From positions 108,810,001 through 108,874,000 of the forward strand of contig NC_058377.1 in NCBI RefSeq assembly GCF_018350175.1: a stretch of 64,000 bases of DNA. Reading direction: 5' to 3'. The notes under the pieces are model-generated. The model ran no database searches. It was not told the origin of the DNA and saw only the letters and a list, made by a program, of their open reading frames with translations. The translations under genes were made by a program, and so were the position numbers. Origin of the DNA: Felis catus (taxonomy: Eukaryota). Positions 60,801 to 64,000 of this stretch are shown piece after piece (position 1 is the stretch's first letter; each line of letters opens with the position of its first letter).

Positions 60801-61383
60801 GTAATGAGAGTTGTTGGCAGTCCTCTGGGGAGGCGCCCAGAATGTGATGCCACGGGAAGCATTTGGACGGGATTAGAATCCCAGTTTAAGTCACTAACTC
60901 TAGGATTTCAAGCAACCTTTCAGTGAAGACCAGTGCCTGCCCAAGCAGGTTGTGTGGATCTAAAGAGAATATATAGAAAGCACAACTCGAATAGAGGGAA
61001 GGAGGGGCGCCTGGCTGGCTCAGTCAGTGGAGCATGCGACACTCGTCTTTGGGGTCGTGAGTTCAAGCCTCATGTTGGGCATAGAGCCCATTAAAAAAAT
61101 AATAAGTTTAGAAAAATGGAAGGAACAAAGCCCAGCAGAAGACAGACCCTTCCGGCAGATAGAAGGAGTAGGAAGGAGAGTTCCCAATTCCGTTGCCCAC
61201 CAGGCAAGAATGCAACTCCCCTGGGTCCCGCCCATGCAGTGAGGCCCTGCCCCCTTACCAGCTGAGCTGTGCCCCCTGGTGGATGAGGAGGCTTAAGGTG
61301 CTGCACCCTAGCACCAGCAGCAGGATTTTTCTGCGGCTCATCATCTTGGAGGCCTGCTGCAGGTGCTGGAGGATGGGTGGCAT
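57867..61383 (-). CDS. GAL3ST3: Galactose-3-O-sulfotransferase 3, 431 aa; join(complement 61259-61383, 57867-59037); 148 nt masked internally
   Basis: MPPILQHLQQASKMMSRRKILLLVLGCSTLSLLIHQGAQLSW/YPKLFPLSCPP..., PAPS-binding FLKTHKTAGTT, EYFDESLVLL, C-terminal ...RPIRALPRGLQGH*; 125+1171=1296 nt; acceptor of the ATG exon near 61495. Confidence 0.97.
57880..59070. other. Intragenic CpG island over the large GAL3ST3 coding exon
   Basis: Very high CpG density throughout the exon. Confidence 0.8.
59185..59986 (+). mobile_element. MaLR (MLT1-type) LTR in the GAL3ST3 intron, with a nested SINE (59700-59913)
   Basis: GTATTCACGCCCTTGTGTA..CCCTCCCC start region, CAGATGAGACTGCA..CCTAGC, end GCTAAGTTTTGAGGTAATT..TTACACAG. 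Confidence 0.7.
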
Positions 61384-64000
61384 GATGGGGTACCCACCCC
61401 TGGACCAGCCGGGACCTCGCTATCCAGGACTCCCTTCGCCAGCACTCATGGGGGCTCCTGGGGCTCTGGTAGCAGGGCCAGTATTCCTGAGAGGCCTGGC
61501 AGGAGAAGGAGGCAAACAGGTTTGCGGCGGGCAGAGGAGATGGACTGTGGGCCCCAGCAAGACTGGTGCAAAGGAGAGCTCCAAAGGGTGGGGTGCGCAG
61601 AGAAGCCAGAGAAGATCGGATTCCTGCCTCCCGTTTCCAAGACCCTATCTCCGCACCCTCTAGATAACTTAGTCTTGGGTGGAATTACAAGCTCTGGGGT
61701 GTGGCCAGCCCTTCAAGCCGTAGCCACTCCTCCCTGGAGCCCTGTCTCAGCTTCTCGGCCTGGCCCTAATTCGTCTTTGTCTTGTGGTTATTTGTTTCTG
61801 TCTCCCCGCCCCCAGTAGACTTGCCTTAGCACCAGTGCTTGGCTTAAAGCACAGAAGTCTCAATTCAAGGTTTCCCTCCTCCAGGATTCCTTGCCTGACT
61901 GCTTCAGCCAAGAGTTGGTCTTGACTCCCCAGAGACCGAGCTCCTCAGAAACCACTGACTGGACCTATATCTTCTCGAGTCTCTTGACATGCGTAAGGCA
62001 TCGATAGTGCAGGCTTGCTACATGTACCACACTAGTACATACTAAATGCCGTTTAATCCCCACCACACCCTAACACAGGCATTATTCCCCATTTTATAGA
62101 CAAGGAAACTGAGGCTCTATGACATGGTGCTACTTGTCCCTGGTCACACAGTTGTTGGCAGAATCAGGATTCAGACCTGTTCTTTCTGGTTCCAAAGCCC
62201 ATCCTTCTAGATGCAATGTGTGCTGCTTCCACAGAACACGGATTTCTCCATCCCCGCTCTGGACTCTGGTAGTTCTACGTGTTTCTCAGCCCGGAGCCTT
62301 CCTAGCTGGGCTCCTGCCCTGAGGGCCCAAGACCAATAAATCCATGAGAGAAAGAAAGGAAGGACTTGAAATCCCAGAACCCTATCTGGATTCCATCCCT
62401 AGACACCTGAAACCTTGGCCACTTTGTCAGCTGACTCTGCAGTGAGAGGTGCCTGGCCAAGGCCATGACATGGCAGCCGGGAGAGGGGAGAGGGGTGGGG
62501 TGTGGGGAATACAGAGGGGCTCCTGCTTGTTTCCCCGCTGAGATTCTCCAGAAGAAGATGGGCCTCCATCCCAGGTGAGTGGCAGGAGTGAGAGGCAGAA
62601 GCAGGGAGGGCCTGTTTTCCAGCCAGTCACCTGTCTCTGCACAAATGCCTTGGCTCAAGGGCAGCCTGGCCTTTGGCAGTCCTGGTGGAAAGACAGCTTC
62701 AGCAGCAGTGTCTGTCTCCCCACTAGGGTGGTGTCTGTGTCTCAGGGGCCTTAGTCTCCAGGTCTGGGTTCAGCGTCAGCCTCACATTCACACCTCTGGA
62801 AAGGGGAGAGGGAGCCTGGAACCCTATGGGCATTTGCACGTATGTGGAACTAGGACACCTGGGTCCCAGGAGGGATGAGGTAACGTAAAAACTTTTGACC
62901 ATCACTTCCTGCTGGGGCCTAGAGCTTGGTTTCTAGTTCCTCTTCTTTACCACTACCTTCCCCTCTCCTCTCATTAATCCTGGATTACATTTAAACCTGC
63001 TCGGGTGGAATGATGTGATGGTTAGGCCTTTCCTTTCTCTCCAGCCCGCATCACCTGGTTTCCTCCACCAGCCTGCAGACAGACTTAATCTGCCTGGAGC
63101 CGAGGGGGGTGAAGGGTCCACCACAGAGGGCAGCCAAGGGCATAGCAGAGAAAGCCTAAGGCCCTGCTGTCTTTTCAAGGATTGTTAAGGGCAGAGAAGG
63201 GCTGGCTATGCGAGGGTGAGGAAGCCTACGAGGGAAGTCAGAGCCTGTGGCCTCTGCCACTCGTCTTGCCTCGAGGATTTGGTGACAAGATGGGAGTTTC
63301 CCAAGGGGGCAAAGTGGGAAGTCAACCTATTCACATCACTGCTAAACTCGCTAAAACTATTCTATTTTCAGAGGACTCTGGGTCAGCCAAGGAGGTCAAG
63401 CCCGGAGAGAGCACTGAGGGGACTTTCCCTGGGAAGTGCTTCAAGCAGGCCACACAGAGAAGGACAACAGGGTGCTTGGTGGTCTCCTCCGTCCCACTCC
63501 CCTCCATGTCTTAGCCCTGGGGACCCAGTCAGCCAGACCCTCGTCTAAGGTCCCCTTGAAATAGGGCATCGTTAGCGCAAGAACTTCATGGACACCACCT
63601 CTAAGGTGGGCACCGGTTTCTGCTTGGCCACCACCAGTGTCGGGATGCTCACTACCTTCAGATACAGCCTGGTCCGTTTCTGAGCAGCCTCAGCTGTTCA
63701 AAAGTTGTTTCTGGGACAGCTAGAATCAGCCTGCCACTATGAGTGCCCTGCTCAGCCTGTCCCCTTCCACCTTCCATCTACTTGATTGCTAGTGTTGCTG
63801 TCCTAGACCACATGGATCATTTTTCTCCATGACAGACCTTCAGGTATTTGAAAGCAGTAACCTTGTCTCCTCTGGGTGGGCACTCGGCCAGGCTAAACAT
63901 TCCAGGTCCTCAGAGAGGGTGCTGCTTGGACACTGGAAGCGGCCTCCCTTCCCTTGCCAAGTTCTCTCCATGATGCCTCCTCTGGAGATGGAGTCAGGGC

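Overview
Mammalian genomic DNA, almost certainly a felid (abundant feline-type CAN-SINEs, carnivore L1), syntenic with human 11q13.1. Five intact-looking protein-coding genes can be read exon by exon. EIF1AD (-, 166 aa) is head-to-head with BANF1 (+) across a CpG-island bidirectional promoter. CST6/cystatin E/M (+, 150 aa) is convergent with CATSPER1 (-, 12 coding exons, 822 aa, very His-rich exon 1). GAL3ST3 (-, 431 aa) lies at the right end. About 32.4-57 kb is transposon-rich: a near full-length old L1 starting about 300 bp upstream of CATSPER1 and interrupted by SINEs and two solo LTRs, ERVL pol remnants, MaLR LTRs, hAT DNA transposons and a young truncated L1. Eight N-runs look like length-preserving masks; one hides BANF1's first coding exon and one lies inside GAL3ST3. 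I found no convincing new biological system. The most notable items are a probable U12 (minor spliceosome) intron in CATSPER1, the multi-frame-open His-repeat exon, the L1/SINE/LTR stack at the CATSPER1 promoter, a ~1 kb betaretrovirus-like solo LTR and a CTCF site with upstream motif. Comparisons to human proteins and repeat consensi are from memory, not from searches.
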